A stretch of DNA of 64,000 nt from Actinomycetes bacterium. GTDB lineage: Bacteria; Actinomycetota; Acidimicrobiia; Spongiisociales; ZC4RG35. The stretch is from NCBI GenBank assembly GCA_003242515.2, contig QGUS02000003.1:12647-76646 (forward strand), given 5' to 3'. Under the pieces are notes generated by a model. The model was not told the DNA's origin. It saw only the letters and a program-made list of their open reading frames with translations, and did no database searches. The position numbers were made by a program, and so were the translations under genes. This document shows, piece after piece, positions 55,493-64,000 of this stretch; position 1 is the first letter of the stretch, and every line of letters starts with the position of its first letter.

Positions 55493-56979
55493 CCTCCGAC
55501 GATCTCGAAGTCCACGATCAGGTCCGGAGCGTATCCGCCGTCACCGGTGGGCCGGAACGCTCCCCGGTAGAGGCTGCGGCGAAGCGACGCCGTCAGCGGG
55601 TCGAGCGCCCGCAGCGTGGCCGGGTCCTCCGGCATGGAGGTCACGGCGATGCGGACCTCGCCGCCGAGGGCGGCCGCCACCTCGAACGGCCCGTCGTGTG
55701 GCCCCTGATCGGCTACCGGGCCCTGGAACGCCCAGACCACCGGCCGGCGGAAGAGAGGGATCACCACGAGGTGGCCCAGCACCTCCTGATCGATCTCCTC
55801 GATGAGGGCACGGCGCTCGTCGTCGTCGACGGTCCGGAGGGCGGCCTCGATCTTCCCGTCGAGGTCGGGGGAGCAGAGCCGGCCGATGTTCAGTTCCCCG
55901 CCACACCGGTAGAGGTCGAGGATGGAGGTCGGGTCGGCAGGCGCCTCCCAGGAGAACGCGACGACGTCCCACCCGTCACCCCCCAGGAACCCGGAGTTGA
56001 AGAGGTCGGCAGGGAGCCTCAGGTCGGGCACCACCCGGATGCCCGCCTCGCCCAGGTCGGCGGTCGCCCGCTCCAGCATCGCCACCCGCCACGGGTCGCC
56101 CGCGGTGGTGGCCCAACGGAGGACCAGGGGTGTCCCGTCACAGACCAGCACACCGTCGGTGCCGGGCCGGCACCGGTCCGGGAGCACCGCGACCGGCTCG
56201 GGCCGGCCGGACCCCGCGGCGAACACGAGCCTGCCCACCGCGGAGAGAAGCGGTCGCGCCTCCGGGTCCACCGTCCCGACCGTGAGGTCCGCCAGTGCCT
56301 GGCGGTCCAGGGACGAGACGACCCAGGCCCTGATCCCGGCGTCGGCGAGGAGCGGGTTGGCCAGGTTGAAGGTGATCATCTCCCAGTCGGGGCCCGGCGT
56401 CACCACCGTCGAGAAGCCACCCAGGTCCCGGAGCTCGGCGACCGCCCAGTCGGGAGCCCCGGGCAGCCACGCCATGTCGGCCTCCCCGCGCCGCAACGCC
56501 TGGATCACCCCCCTGACACCGTCGGCCGGCACGGCGGTGACGGTCACGCCGTCGCCGGACCACACCCCGTCACCGTCGGGAGCGAGGTCACCCGAGGTCG
56601 CGTCCGGGTCGTGCGCGGGCAGGACGACCTCGAAGAGGCGCTGGAACGGGGCGCCGATCCGGTCGAGGACGATCAGCACCTCCTTCTCCCCCACGGCCTC
56701 CACCGAGACGACGTCGGCATACAGCGGGTCGAAGGCCGGCCCCTCGCCTGCGGACTCGAAGGTGTGGACGAAGTCGGCCGCCGTCACCGGGACCCCGTCG
56801 TCCCACGAGGCGTCGGGGTCGATACGGAGCAGGATGCACCGTTCCCCGGAGCAGGGGGCATCGGTGCTGGTGGGAGCGGGCGCCGCGGTCGTCGAGGGAG
56901 TGGTCGTCGCGGTCGTCGGGGTCGAAGCCGTGGTGCACGCGGCGAGGAGCAGGACGGCGGCGAGGATCCTGGCGGTCAC
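55489..56979 (-). CDS. Solute-binding lipoprotein, family-5 (peptide/nickel)-like
   Basis: GTG at 56979: (M)TARILAAVLLLAAC lipobox, Thr-rich linker, SBP-like body. The track ORF 55489..58128 is over-extended. Confidence 0.6.
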   Translation of the reverse strand: MTARILAAVLLLAACTTASTPTTATTTPSTTAAPAPTSTDAPCSGERCILLRIDPDASWDDGVPVTAADFVHTFESAGEGPAFDPLYADVVSVEAVGEKEVLIVLDRIGAPFQRLFEVVLPAHDPDATSGDLAPDGDGVWSGDGVTVTAVPADGVRGVIQALRRGEADMAWLPGAPDWAVAELRDLGGFSTVVTPGPDWEMITFNLANPLLADAGIRAWVVSSLDRQALADLTVGTVDPEARPLLSAVGRLVFAAGSGRPEPVAVLPDRCRPGTDGVLVCDGTPLVLRWATTAGDPWRVAMLERATADLGEAGIRVVPDLRLPADLFNSGFLGGDGWDVVAFSWEAPADPTSILDLYRCGGELNIGRLCSPDLDGKIEAALRTVDDDERRALIEEIDQEVLGHLVVIPLFRRPVVWAFQGPVADQGPHDGPFEVAAALGGEVRIAVTSMPEDPATLRALDPLTASLRRSLYRGAFRPTGDGGYAPDLIVDFEIVGG

Positions 56980-57002
56980 GCGGCCTACGGTAGGCAGGGT
57001 GA

Positions 57003-58655
57003 TCACGGCATCTGGCGTGGCCACGTCCGCGGATCGGAAGCGATCCCGCCCGCCACGGGGGCGAACGGCAGGGCCGACGAGTGCACCTCGATCACGGTCT
57101 CCCGGTACAGGAGCAGCTGGGGCACCTCCCTCAGCAGGAGCGCCTCCATGGCCGCGGCGGCCTCGGCGACAGCGACAGGGTCCGGGGTCACCCGATAGCG
57201 GTCGGCGAGGTCGTCGAACCCGTCCGAGGCGAAGCCGGTGACGTTGGTCCCGCCCCAGAGCGCTGCGTCCTCCGAAGAGTGGAAGAGGTGGATCATCCGG
57301 GCGGCAGGGTCGGACGGCCCAGTGTCGCGCCAGCCGACCAGGGCGAGCGCCCAGGACCCGGCGCTCGCGGCGTCGATCGGAGGGAGGATCCGAGCGGGGA
57401 GGTCGGGCTCTGCCACCACCGTCACCTCGATCCCGAGCAGGGCCAGCCGCCCGGCGATCCACTCGCCCGCCCGGACACGCAGCGGGTCGCCGGCCGGGAC
57501 CAGCATCTCCATCGGGCCGACCGGGGAGCCGCCCGGGAACCGGAGACCCCATCCCGCCGTGCCGCCTCCGGGTGGGACCTCCCACCGGAACCCGGCCTCC
57601 GTCAGAGCGGCGACCGAGGCCTCCACCCGGGCGCCCAGGTCTAGCCAGTCGCCGTCGAAGGTCCCGGGGCCCGAAGGCACCGTCTCGTCGGGACGCAGCC
57701 AGGAGTACGCCGGGAGGGCTCCCAGCTCCGCCGCCAGCTCGCGGCGATCGATCACCGCGGCGATGGCGAACCGGAAGGCCGGGTCGTCGAACGGGGCATG
57801 CCTCTGGTTCATCGCCAGGGCCCGGACCGATGAACGCGGGCTCACCGTGGTCGCCACGAGCGGGGACGCCTCCAGGCCCTCCACGACGTCGCCGGGGAGC
57901 CCGGAGACCCCGTCGGGGTCGGCCACCAGGTCGACCTCTCCCCGCTCCAGCGCCCGGTAGGCGTCCTCGCGGGAGCCGGCCACCACCCAGTCGATCGTCC
58001 CGGGTGCCGCCCGGGGCGGCTCGGGGGCCTCCAGGGAGTAGAGGTCGAAGCGGTCCGCCACTTCCCGGACCGAGTCCTCCCAGTGGTGCGCCGGTGCGAA
58101 CGGGGCGAACCCCACCGCGCCGGGCCACAGGCCGGGCCAGGGCTCGGTCTCGAAACGGAACCGGAGGGTGTGGTCGTCGACCGCCTCCACCTCCACCCCG
58201 GCCGCGACGACGTGCTCACCGTCCAGGGCCAGCCGGCGGGCGGTCTCCAGGTAGAACACGAGGTCGGCCGCGGCGATGGGGGTCCCGTCGCTCCAGGTGC
58301 GGCCCGCGACGATCCCCTGTTCCACAACCCAGGTGTCGCCGTCGCGCCTGGGCACCCTGAGCGGGGGCGCGGCCAGGTCGGGAACCGGGTCGAGGGAGCT
58401 GCCGGCGAAGAGCGACGCGGTGTGCGCCCGGGCGACGACCCGGTCGGTCCACGACGCCCCCTCCCCCAGGGCGGCCCACCAGTTCGTCGCCGCCGGCCTC
58501 TCGACCAGGGCGACGCGCAGGGTGGGCTCGGGGACGGTCGTGGTGGTGGACGGCGCCGGGGTGGCGGCCGGGGTCGCCGTCGTGGTCGTCGCCGCGACCC
58601 GGCAACCCGCCAGCAGGGCGCAGAGCAGGAGGACGAATGCGGCCTTGCGGGTCAA
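57003..58655 (-). CDS. Solute-binding lipoprotein, family-5-like (paralogue)
   Basis: TTG at 58655 overlaps the upstream stop (TTGA): (M)TRKAAFVLLLCALLAGC lipobox, Thr-rich linker. Confidence 0.6.
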   Translation of the reverse strand: MTRKAAFVLLLCALLAGCRVAATTTTATPAATPAPSTTTTVPEPTLRVALVERPAATNWWAALGEGASWTDRVVARAHTASLFAGSSLDPVPDLAAPPLRVPRRDGDTWVVEQGIVAGRTWSDGTPIAAADLVFYLETARRLALDGEHVVAAGVEVEAVDDHTLRFRFETEPWPGLWPGAVGFAPFAPAHHWEDSVREVADRFDLYSLEAPEPPRAAPGTIDWVVAGSREDAYRALERGEVDLVADPDGVSGLPGDVVEGLEASPLVATTVSPRSSVRALAMNQRHAPFDDPAFRFAIAAVIDRRELAAELGALPAYSWLRPDETVPSGPGTFDGDWLDLGARVEASVAALTEAGFRWEVPPGGGTAGWGLRFPGGSPVGPMEMLVPAGDPLRVRAGEWIAGRLALLGIEVTVVAEPDLPARILPPIDAASAGSWALALVGWRDTGPSDPAARMIHLFHSSEDAALWGGTNVTGFASDGFDDLADRYRVTPDPVAVAEAAAAMEALLLREVPQLLLYRETVIEVHSSALPFAPVAGGIASDPRTWPRQMP

Positions 58656-59782
58656 TCCGGTGTGGTGTCCGGGGTGGTGTCCGGGGTGCCGTTTCCCTCC
58701 GCCCGGGAGGCCATCAGCTCCACGTCGTCGAGCACGACCTCGTGACCGCGCCGGTACTCGCCGATGATCGCCTGGACGATGCCGGCCACGGGGAGGGCCA
58801 GGAGGACGCCCACACCGCCGAGCAGGTAGCCGCCGGCCAGGATGGCGCCGACCGTGATCGCGGGGTGGATCTCCATGGTCCGCTTGGTGATCCACGGGCC
58901 GACGACGAAGTTCTCCACCTGCTGGTAGAGCACGAAGATCACGACCACCCAGAGGACCGTCTGCAGGTCGTTGAAGGTGAGGGCGACGATGCCCGGGAGG
59001 ATCATCGCCAGGTAGGTGCCCACGACCGGCACGAACTGGCTGAGCACGCCCACCCAGGCGCCGAGCGCCGGGGCGAACGGGACCCCGAGGAACTGGAGCG
59101 CCGCCCAGGAGACCCCGCCGGCGATCACCGCCAGCACCAGGCGGGAGTAGATGTACCCGCCCATCTTCTCCACGGCCACGTCCCAGACGTGCAGGGCCTG
59201 CATCTGGCTCTCCTTCGGCATGAAGGAGAGGACGGTGCGCTGCATCTTGGGCAGCTCGGCCAGCATGAAGAAGGCGAACAGCCCGGTGGTGGTGGTGAAG
59301 AGGAAGAAGTTCCCCAGGGAGTTGAGGAACGCGATCACCCCGCCCGCCAGGCCGCTTCCGAGCTGCTGCCACGATGCGCCGAGGTCGGAGGCCAGCTTCT
59401 CGGGGTCGACCTCGATGTCGAGCCCGAACTGCTCGTTGAGCCAGGTGACCGTGGACTCGATCATCGTCGGCAGCTTCGCCACCAGCTCCTCGGCCTGGGC
59501 GACGAACACGGGGGTCAAGGCCGCGACGAACCCGAAGAGCAGCAGGATCGCCCCGAAAAGGACGACGAACGCGGCGAGGCCCCGCTTCCAGCCCTTCTTC
59601 TCGAGCCAGTGAACGCCCGGCTCGAACGCGACCGTGATGAAGAGGGCCACGAAGACCATGAAGATGAGGTTCGAGAGCTTCCAGATCAGCCAGAGGACGC
59701 CGAAGACGCCGAGCAGGACCCCGGCGACCACCAGGGTCCGGTCCCGGAACCTCTTCATCTCTGCTCGCTCTGAAGGTGTCAT
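58652..59782 (-). CDS. AI-2E family transporter (PerM/UPF0118)
   Basis: 376 aa, 8 predicted helices, PerM-like sequence. Confidence 0.75.
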   Translation of the reverse strand: MTPSERAEMKRFRDRTLVVAGVLLGVFGVLWLIWKLSNLIFMVFVALFITVAFEPGVHWLEKKGWKRGLAAFVVLFGAILLLFGFVAALTPVFVAQAEELVAKLPTMIESTVTWLNEQFGLDIEVDPEKLASDLGASWQQLGSGLAGGVIAFLNSLGNFFLFTTTTGLFAFFMLAELPKMQRTVLSFMPKESQMQALHVWDVAVEKMGGYIYSRLVLAVIAGGVSWAALQFLGVPFAPALGAWVGVLSQFVPVVGTYLAMILPGIVALTFNDLQTVLWVVVIFVLYQQVENFVVGPWITKRTMEIHPAITVGAILAGGYLLGGVGVLLALPVAGIVQAIIGEYRRGHEVVLDDVELMASRAEGNGTPDTTPDTTPD

Positions 59783-59841
59783 CGAATCGGAAGCGTAGGA
59801 GCGAGCCCGGGCCCGGCGCGGGTTTCGATACCCTCGTCGTC

Positions 59842-61779
59842 ATGGATCGCTTCGAGGTCGTCTGGAGGCCGGACCCCGAGCTGGCGGCATCGACGAACAC
59901 GGCCCGTTTCATGGAGGCTCACGGCATCGGCAGTCTGGACGAGCTGGGCGAGCGTTCCGTCCGTGAGCCCGAGTGGTTCTGGACCGAGGTCATCCGCTTC
60001 CTCGGGCTCCCTTTCGACCGGGAGCCGACGGTGATCAAGGACACCTCCCGCGGGCTCCCGTGGACCACCTGGTTCGTGGACGGCCGGTTCAACCTCTCCC
60101 GCGCCTGCGTGGACCGCTGGGCGGACGAGGCCCCGGACCGCATGGCGGTGAAGTCGCTGCGGGAGTCGGGCGAGGCGACGGTGGTCACCTTCGCCGGACT
60201 GCGGGACCTCGTGTCCCGCCTCGCCGGCGCCCTCGCCTCCCTGGGCGTGCGCCGGGGCGACGCGGTGGCCGTCTTCCTCCCCATGTCCCTCGAGGCCGTG
60301 GCGTCGATGCTCGCCGTGGCCAGGCTGGGCGGCATCTTCGTCCCGGTCTTCTCCGGGTACGGCGCCGAGGCGGTCGCCACCCGGATCACCGATCCCGGCC
60401 CGAAGGTGGTGATCTGCGCCAACGCCTTCCAGAGGCGCGGCAAGACGGTCGCCATGAAGCCCGTCGCCGACGAGGCGATGCGGATGGCCGGCTGCGAGGC
60501 CCCGGTGCTGGTGGTCGACTACCTGCCCGGCCACGAGCCGCCGATGACCGATGGCAGGGACCACCGCTGGGAGGACCTCGTCCCGGCCGCCGAGCCCCTG
60601 CCCCCGGCTCCGACCTGGTCGGAGGACCCGGTGATGATCGCCTACACCTCCGGCACCACGGGACGGCCCAAGGGCGCGGTCCACGTCCAGGCCGGGCTCA
60701 CCGTGAAGCTGGCCGCCGAGGGCGCCTTCCAGCTCGAGGTGAAGCCGGGCGACACCCTCATGTGGGTCACCGACATGGGCTGGATCATGGGCCCCTGGAC
60801 CGTGGTGGCGGGGCTCGCCAACGGGGCCGCGGTCGCCACCTACGACGGCGCTCCCGACTACCCCGGCCCCGACCGGATCTGGCAGGTCGTGGCCGAGCTG
60901 GGCGTGACCCATCTCGGGGTCTCTCCCACCCTGATCCGGGCGCTGCAGCCCCACGGCGCCGACCAGGCCCGCAGGCACGATCTGTCCCGTCTCGAGGTGT
61001 TCGGCTCCACCGGCGAACCCTGGAACCCCGAGCCCTGGTGGTGGCTGTTCCGGGAGGTCGGCGGGGAGAGGATCCCGATCGTGAACATCTCGGGCGGCAC
61101 CGAGATAGGCGCCTGCATCCTCTCCGTGAACCTGCTCCAGGGCATCAAGCCGACCTCCCTCGGCAGGCCTTCATTCGGGATGGCGGCGAACGTCTACGAC
61201 GCCGCGGCGAAGCCGGTGCGGGGCGAGGTCGGCGAGCTCGTCATCGAGGACTCCTGGCCCGCCATGACCCGCGGGTTCTGGGGCGAGCCCGAGCGTTACC
61301 TGGAGACCTACTGGTCGCGGTTCGAAGGGGTGTGGGTGCACGGTGACTGGGCGTCGGTCGACGAGGACGGCTTCTGGTATCTCCACGGCCGCTCCGACGA
61401 CACGCTCAACATCGCCGGCAAGCGGATCGGACCGGCGGAGATCGAGTCTGCCGCGGTGGCGCTGCCCGAGGTGACGATGGCGGCGGCGATCGGCGTGCCC
61501 GACCCGGTGAAGGGAGAGACCGTCGCCCTCTACGCGGTGCCCGCCCCCGGCGTGGAGGCGGGACCCGACCTCGAGGCGAAGGTCTCCGACGCGGTGGCGG
61601 CCTCGCTGGGCCGGTCGTTCCGGCCGTCGAAGGTCGTCTTCGTCCCCGACCTGCCCCGGACGCGGTCGCAGAAGATCATGCGGCGGGTGGTCCGTGCGGT
61701 CGCCCTCGGCCAGGACCCGGGCGACGTCTCCAGCCTGGAGAACCCGGACGCTCTCCAGCACCTCGGCGCCGAGCTCTGA
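59842..61779 (+). CDS. AMP-dependent acyl-CoA synthetase (acetate/acetoacetate--CoA ligase family)
   Basis: ATG at 59842. YTSGTTGRPKG, DTLNIAGKRIG and KIMRR motifs. Confidence 0.8.
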   Translation: MDRFEVVWRPDPELAASTNTARFMEAHGIGSLDELGERSVREPEWFWTEVIRFLGLPFDREPTVIKDTSRGLPWTTWFVDGRFNLSRACVDRWADEAPDRMAVKSLRESGEATVVTFAGLRDLVSRLAGALASLGVRRGDAVAVFLPMSLEAVASMLAVARLGGIFVPVFSGYGAEAVATRITDPGPKVVICANAFQRRGKTVAMKPVADEAMRMAGCEAPVLVVDYLPGHEPPMTDGRDHRWEDLVPAAEPLPPAPTWSEDPVMIAYTSGTTGRPKGAVHVQAGLTVKLAAEGAFQLEVKPGDTLMWVTDMGWIMGPWTVVAGLANGAAVATYDGAPDYPGPDRIWQVVAELGVTHLGVSPTLIRALQPHGADQARRHDLSRLEVFGSTGEPWNPEPWWWLFREVGGERIPIVNISGGTEIGACILSVNLLQGIKPTSLGRPSFGMAANVYDAAAKPVRGEVGELVIEDSWPAMTRGFWGEPERYLETYWSRFEGVWVHGDWASVDEDGFWYLHGRSDDTLNIAGKRIGPAEIESAAVALPEVTMAAAIGVPDPVKGETVALYAVPAPGVEAGPDLEAKVSDAVAASLGRSFRPSKVVFVPDLPRTRSQKIMRRVVRAVALGQDPGDVSSLENPDALQHLGAEL

Positions 61780-61814
61780 GCCGACGCCCGTGCGGCGGGT
61801 GCCGCGCAGCAGCC

Positions 61815-62585
61815 CTATTTGGCAGGCATCCGGGCGCCGGCGTCGAGCCGGATCACCTCGCCGTTGAGCATCGGGTTCTCGACGATCGCCTGGACCAGGT
61901 GGGCGAACTCGTCGGGACGGCCCAGCCGCTGCGGGAACACCTGGATCTTGCCCAGCGCCTCTTTCAGCTCCGGCGGGGCGGCGGCGAGCAGCGGCGTGTC
62001 CATGATCCCCGGCGCGATGGTGCACACCCGGATCCCGAGCGCGCCGAGGTCGCGGGCGATGGGGAGGGTCATCCCGACCACGCCTCCCTTGGACGCCGAG
62101 TAGGCGGCCTGGCCGACCTGGCCCTCGAAGGCGGCGATGGACGCTACGTTGACGATGACGCCGCGCTCGCCCTCCTCGTTGGGCTCGTTGCGGGCCATCA
62201 CGCCGGCGACGTTCCGGATCACGTCGAACATCCCGATCAGGTTGACCTCGATGACGGTCCGGAACAGGTCGAGGTCGAAGAGGGAGCCGTCACGGGACAC
62301 CGTGCGCATCGCAGGGGCGATGCCGGCGGCGTTGACCAGCACGTGGACCTCGCCCCACAGCTCGGCGACACCCTGCACCGCGGCGGCCACCGCCTCGCGG
62401 TCGGTGACGTCGACCTCGAAGAAGCGGGCGTTCTCCCCCAGCTCCTCCTCGGCGGCCCGGCCCCGGTCACGGTTGACGTCGAACATGGCGACCCTGGCGC
62501 CGTTGGCGATGAAGCGGCGCGCCGCCCCGTTGCCGAGGCCCGACACGCCGCCGGTGACGATTGCGGTCTTTCCCTTGAGGTCCAT
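61815..62585 (-). CDS. SDR family 3-hydroxyacyl-CoA dehydrogenase (HSD17B10-like)
   Basis: TGGVSGLG and YSASKGG motifs. 256 aa. Confidence 0.75.
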   Translation of the reverse strand: MDLKGKTAIVTGGVSGLGNGAARRFIANGARVAMFDVNRDRGRAAEEELGENARFFEVDVTDREAVAAAVQGVAELWGEVHVLVNAAGIAPAMRTVSRDGSLFDLDLFRTVIEVNLIGMFDVIRNVAGVMARNEPNEEGERGVIVNVASIAAFEGQVGQAAYSASKGGVVGMTLPIARDLGALGIRVCTIAPGIMDTPLLAAAPPELKEALGKIQVFPQRLGRPDEFAHLVQAIVENPMLNGEVIRLDAGARMPAK

Positions 62586-62637
62586 CGGTCGGCGACGCTA
62601 CCACCGATAGGACCGGGCAAGTGCTACTGATGATGCG

Positions 62638-63402
62638 GTGATCGGCGTCTTCGACTCGGGTCTCGGCGGCCTCTCGGTGCTGGCCGAGATCCGGCGCACC
62701 CTCCCCGACTCCGACCTGCTCTACGTGGCCGACCGCAAGCGCGCTCCCTACGGGACGCGCAGCCTGGAGGAGGTGAGGGACTTCTCCCTCGAGATCGCCG
62801 GCTGGCTCCTCGACCACGGCGCCGGCACGATCGTCGTGGCCTGCAACACGGCGTCGGCCGCATCCCTGGACGACCTGAGGGCCCGTCACCCGGACGTGCC
62901 GATCGTGGGCATGGAGCCGGCCGTGAAGCCCGCCGCCGAACGCACCGGCACCGGGGTCATCGGTGTCTTCGCCACGGCCGCCACCTTCCAGGGCCGCCTC
63001 TTCGAGACCACCGTCCACCGTTGGGCCGAGGACAAGCAGGTGAAGGCGATGGCGTGCCCCGAGTGGGTGGTACTGGTGGAGAGCGGCGTGCTCGACGGGC
63101 CGGAGGCCGACAGCGTCGTCAGGCCGCCGGTCGAGGAGGCCCTGTCGGCCGGGGCGGACACACTGGTCCTCGGCTGCACCCACTTCTCCTTCCTGGCCCC
63201 CGTCATCTCCCGAATCGCCGGGCCGGGGGTGGACGTGATCGACCCGGCTCCGGCCGTGGCCCGCCAGACCGCACGCGTCACCCGGGACGCAGGGGGCCGC
63301 GGAAGGGTCACCCTGGCCGCCTCGGGTGACCTCGACGAGTTCGCCCGTCTCGTCACCCGGATTGGCAGCTGGGACGGGGCGGATATGGTGCCGTACCCAT
63401 GA
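62638..63402 (+). CDS. murI: Glutamate racemase
   Basis: IGVFDSGLGGLSV, VVACNTAS and LGCTHF motifs. Confidence 0.92.
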   Translation: MIGVFDSGLGGLSVLAEIRRTLPDSDLLYVADRKRAPYGTRSLEEVRDFSLEIAGWLLDHGAGTIVVACNTASAASLDDLRARHPDVPIVGMEPAVKPAAERTGTGVIGVFATAATFQGRLFETTVHRWAEDKQVKAMACPEWVVLVESGVLDGPEADSVVRPPVEEALSAGADTLVLGCTHFSFLAPVISRIAGPGVDVIDPAPAVARQTARVTRDAGGRGRVTLAASGDLDEFARLVTRIGSWDGADMVPYP

Positions 63403-64000
63403 GGGCCGCCTGGTCGTCGCCGACGACCCGCATCGACGCGTCAGAGGGTGTCATCTCCGATCCCGGCACCGGGCAGGACCGGTACCGGGTGGCGATGTAC
63501 GCGCTGAGGACCAGCCCATCGCCGCTGGCGATCGCGGCGTTCACCTTCGACCCCGACGAGCCCGGCTCCGTCGTCATCGTCCCCGAGGCCGGCCATGCCC
63601 TGCCCGCGGCGCGCGCGGTGCCCCGCGGGAGGGTGGTGGACGACGGGAAGGCGGAGTGGGATCTCTCGTTCGCCCGCTCGACCGAGGCACTGGCGTCCGG
63701 GGCAGTCGAGAAGCTGGTCCTCGCCCGGCGGGTCACATGCCGGTTCGACGGCGAGGTAGATCCGGTGCGGGTCTGGCAGAACCTCGTGGCCCAGAACCCC
63801 GGAACCTACTGCTTCCTGGTCGACGGGTTCACCGGGGCCAGCCCGGAGCTGCTGATCCGGGTGGAAGGCCCGACGGTCGAGTCGCTGGCCCTGGCGGGCA
63901 CCGGGGTGACGGACTACGACCTCGCCGGTGAGCTGATCGACACCGAGCACCGTCTCGCCGCCGACTCCGTCGCCGAGGCGCTGGCCCCGCACGTGGAAGG
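63399..64000 (+). CDS. menF: Isochorismate synthase / chorismate-binding enzyme, N-terminal part (continues beyond the window end)
   Basis: ATG overlaps the murI stop (ATGA). Hand translation gives ...VEKLVLARRV...GASPELLIRVEG...LAGT. Not in the ORF track because it runs off the edge. Confidence 0.65.
   Translation, partial: MRAAWSSPTTRIDASEGVISDPGTGQDRYRVAMYALRTSPSPLAIAAFTFDPDEPGSVVIVPEAGHALPAARAVPRGRVVDDGKAEWDLSFARSTEALASGAVEKLVLARRVTCRFDGEVDPVRVWQNLVAQNPGTYCFLVDGFTGASPELLIRVEGPTVESLALAGTGVTDYDLAGELIDTEHRLAADSVAEALAPHVE

Overview
High-GC (about 70 percent) actinobacterial-type chromosome, possibly Acidimicrobiia-like (low-confidence guess). It is densely packed with about 60 genes, many translationally coupled through ATGA, GTGA or TGATG overlaps. 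Most of it is conserved core synteny: smc-mutM, rnc-plsX-rpmF-yceD, coaD-rsmD-recG, rpmB, ddl, fabI, gdh, an AdnAB-type helicase-nuclease pair, plsY, dtd, plsB, an ABC-2 exporter, aceE, MoeB/JAMM, mogA, mug, an nfu-like gene, a PEPCK-like gene, murI and menF, plus fatty-acid/acyl-CoA genes. I saw no transposase, integrase, CRISPR array, rRNA or tRNA. The long Arg/Pro/Gly-rich ORFs in the track are antisense or off-frame shadows of real genes. The stand-out anomaly is a 1126-bp non-coding gap (20440-21565) between a fadD-like gene and a Cas4/RecB-like nuclease gene. It consists largely of GC-rich hairpins. Read on the minus strand, it resolves into two tandem, diverged units, each with paired CGCGAAAA boxes, a sigma70-like promoter, a structured RNA and a near-identical terminator-like repeat. 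I interpret this as a candidate pair of undescribed paralogous structured RNAs under a shared regulator. Secondary oddities: a membrane-anchored MurF-like ligase in an operon with ddl; a rhodanese-E1-JAMM pair with no ubiquitin-like carrier nearby; small codon-biased ORFs coupled to rpmB and adnA; and a perfect palindrome with U-tract ahead of the thiamine pyrophosphokinase gene. All coordinates and folds were derived by hand from the sequence. No database search was run.
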